The notes beneath the pieces were generated by a model. The model was not told the origin of the DNA and searched no databases. It saw only the letters and a program-made list of their open reading frames with translations. The translations under genes and the position numbers were made by a program. A DNA stretch of 64,000 nucleotides from Lingula anatina (Eukaryota; Animalia; Brachiopoda). Numbering within the stretch: position 1 is the first letter of the stretch; every line of letters starts with the position of its first letter. Below, in pieces: positions 62,560-64,000 of this stretch. The stretch lies in contig CM120641.1 in the NCBI GenBank assembly GCA_051362555.1, positions 44,832,401 through 44,896,400 on the forward strand, given 5' to 3'.

Positions 62560-63095
62560 TAATATGTACATGCACGTTTTGAAATCAGATGTGAGGCCTT
62601 GGCTGTATTCAGAATACAGAGAGCATAAAGTGTATAGATATCCACTAACCATACTCAATCATTCATTTATTGATGCTTTCATCTACAATACAGCTTCTGA
62701 AGCTTCTTTTGTGTATAGTTAGGGCCTCTGTGTATATTAAACTTTTGACTGCAAAATTGATTATAAAATCAAATGTAATATGTTTATTGCACATATAACC
62801 CTCAATTTGTACACAAATTATACTTCATGCAGATTGTTTTCTTTTTTTTTTTTTTTTTTTTTTTTGTTGTTAGATGATTTGTTTAGTCTTTAATACACAG
62901 CAAATAATTGTTTTTCTTTATAAATTTATTGGTTGTATTTTTGGCTAATGTATATGATGTCTGGAGAGTAAATTCCTGTCAGAGATCCATCACAATAATA
63001 ATTAGAAAAAAAATTTTCATATATTGTTGTTTTTTCAAAGTATAATTGAACAACAATTAACTTTACTTGAACAAGTTTTATCTATCAATGTCTAT

Positions 63096-63308
63096 GACTG
63101 CATTCCCACAGGTTTAGATCGATTAAAAGGGTTGACCTAACTCCCTGGGGGTTCTTGCTAAATTGCTGTCAGCGGAGCGTGCACTATAGTTAATTACCCC
63201 CTTACAGCTTTTAGTAGGTGGGCAGACATTTAAGCCTGATTAGCTGACACCAATCTAGTGAGACTCCCCAGGGGGATAGATCAATCTAAAATCTATGGGA
63301 ATGCAGTC
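63096..63308. mobile_element. Palindromic MITE, copy 2
   Basis: TIR GACTGCATTCCCA / TGGGAATGCAGTC flanked by TAT on both sides. Shares tagtgagactccccaggg with copy 1. Confidence 0.75.
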
Positions 63309-63573
63309 TATGTGACGATTGCTCAGTTATGTCAAGAGAGACTGACACCTGATACCACAGTGATATAAATATCAATATTGTAGCACTAACTCTTGGATTA
63401 ACATTATCATTAAATCTGATGAAATTGGAGATGCCATGTTTGCCTTCACTAAGCACAGCCATGATATGTCTAACAGACCCCCCTCCCTCCCAGCAAAGGG
63501 TGTCAAACATGAGATCTGCCACATATGTGTACTATTGCAGAGTATCAGATTTAATAGACCAAGGAATCTGGAA

Positions 63574-63820
63574 AATTAAAGGGATAATATCTCTTTGTAT
63601 GAGATCTATATTTCACAATAATAACATTAAAAACAACTCATAGAAATATAATATAGTCAGTTTTACCACAAAAACGGCAGTAATAGCTATTATTCTGATA
63701 TCTGAGCTTGTCATCGGACCATGTGACCTCCATAGATGGCTATACTCTGTAATAATCTCTTAAGAGATTATAACCAAAAATAAACTTTTTAGAAAAAAAA
63801 TAGGGACTAACTTTGAATGT
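63574..63820. repeat. Interspersed repeat, inverted copy of 16222-16469
   Basis: tatgagatctatatttcacaata is the reverse complement of tattgtgaaatatagatctcata; similarity extends across the block. Confidence 0.85.
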
Positions 63821-64000
63821 GGTGAAAGTGGGGTGAAAGTGTATGACGACAATGACGGCGACAACAGACGCAGGTGACAGCTGAACGTACAGACCACTTG
63901 TGTCTGTACCTAATGATCAAGGAATAACTGTGCACAAACAGACAATTATTAATTAAGATGTGTGTATACACATGAGTGTGTATGGGACAGCCATATATAT

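Noticed and set aside
1-64000. CRISPR arrays, rRNA, tRNA, prokaryotic systems
   Set aside because: Eukaryotic spliced genes throughout; no repeat-spacer array or structural RNA gene recognised.

Overview
AT-rich, intron-dense animal genomic DNA. It is probably a lophotrochozoan such as a mollusc; this is inferred from protein character and repeat style, not proven. (1) + strand 3310-12940: an ADF/cofilin locus in which one ATG-only first exon appears to feed two complete, tandemly duplicated exon sets, giving two different cofilins. This is the C. elegans unc-60A/B type of architecture. (2) - strand 15883-59608, continuing past the window: the 3' part of a ryanodine receptor gene, 63 exon slots traced in frame. 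It holds three paralogous 80-nt mutually exclusive exons that each encode a different first EF-hand, plus several candidate in-frame cassette exons and alternative acceptors. (3) + strand 60651-62390: an intronless RING/B-box/coiled-coil/NHL (TRIM) gene nested antisense in an RyR intron. Also present: a TTAA-flanked, Kolobok-like deletion derivative with stubs of two convergent genes, several MITEs, microsatellites, and a possible divergent transcript left of the cofilin promoter. All gene models were read by eye; no database searches were run.
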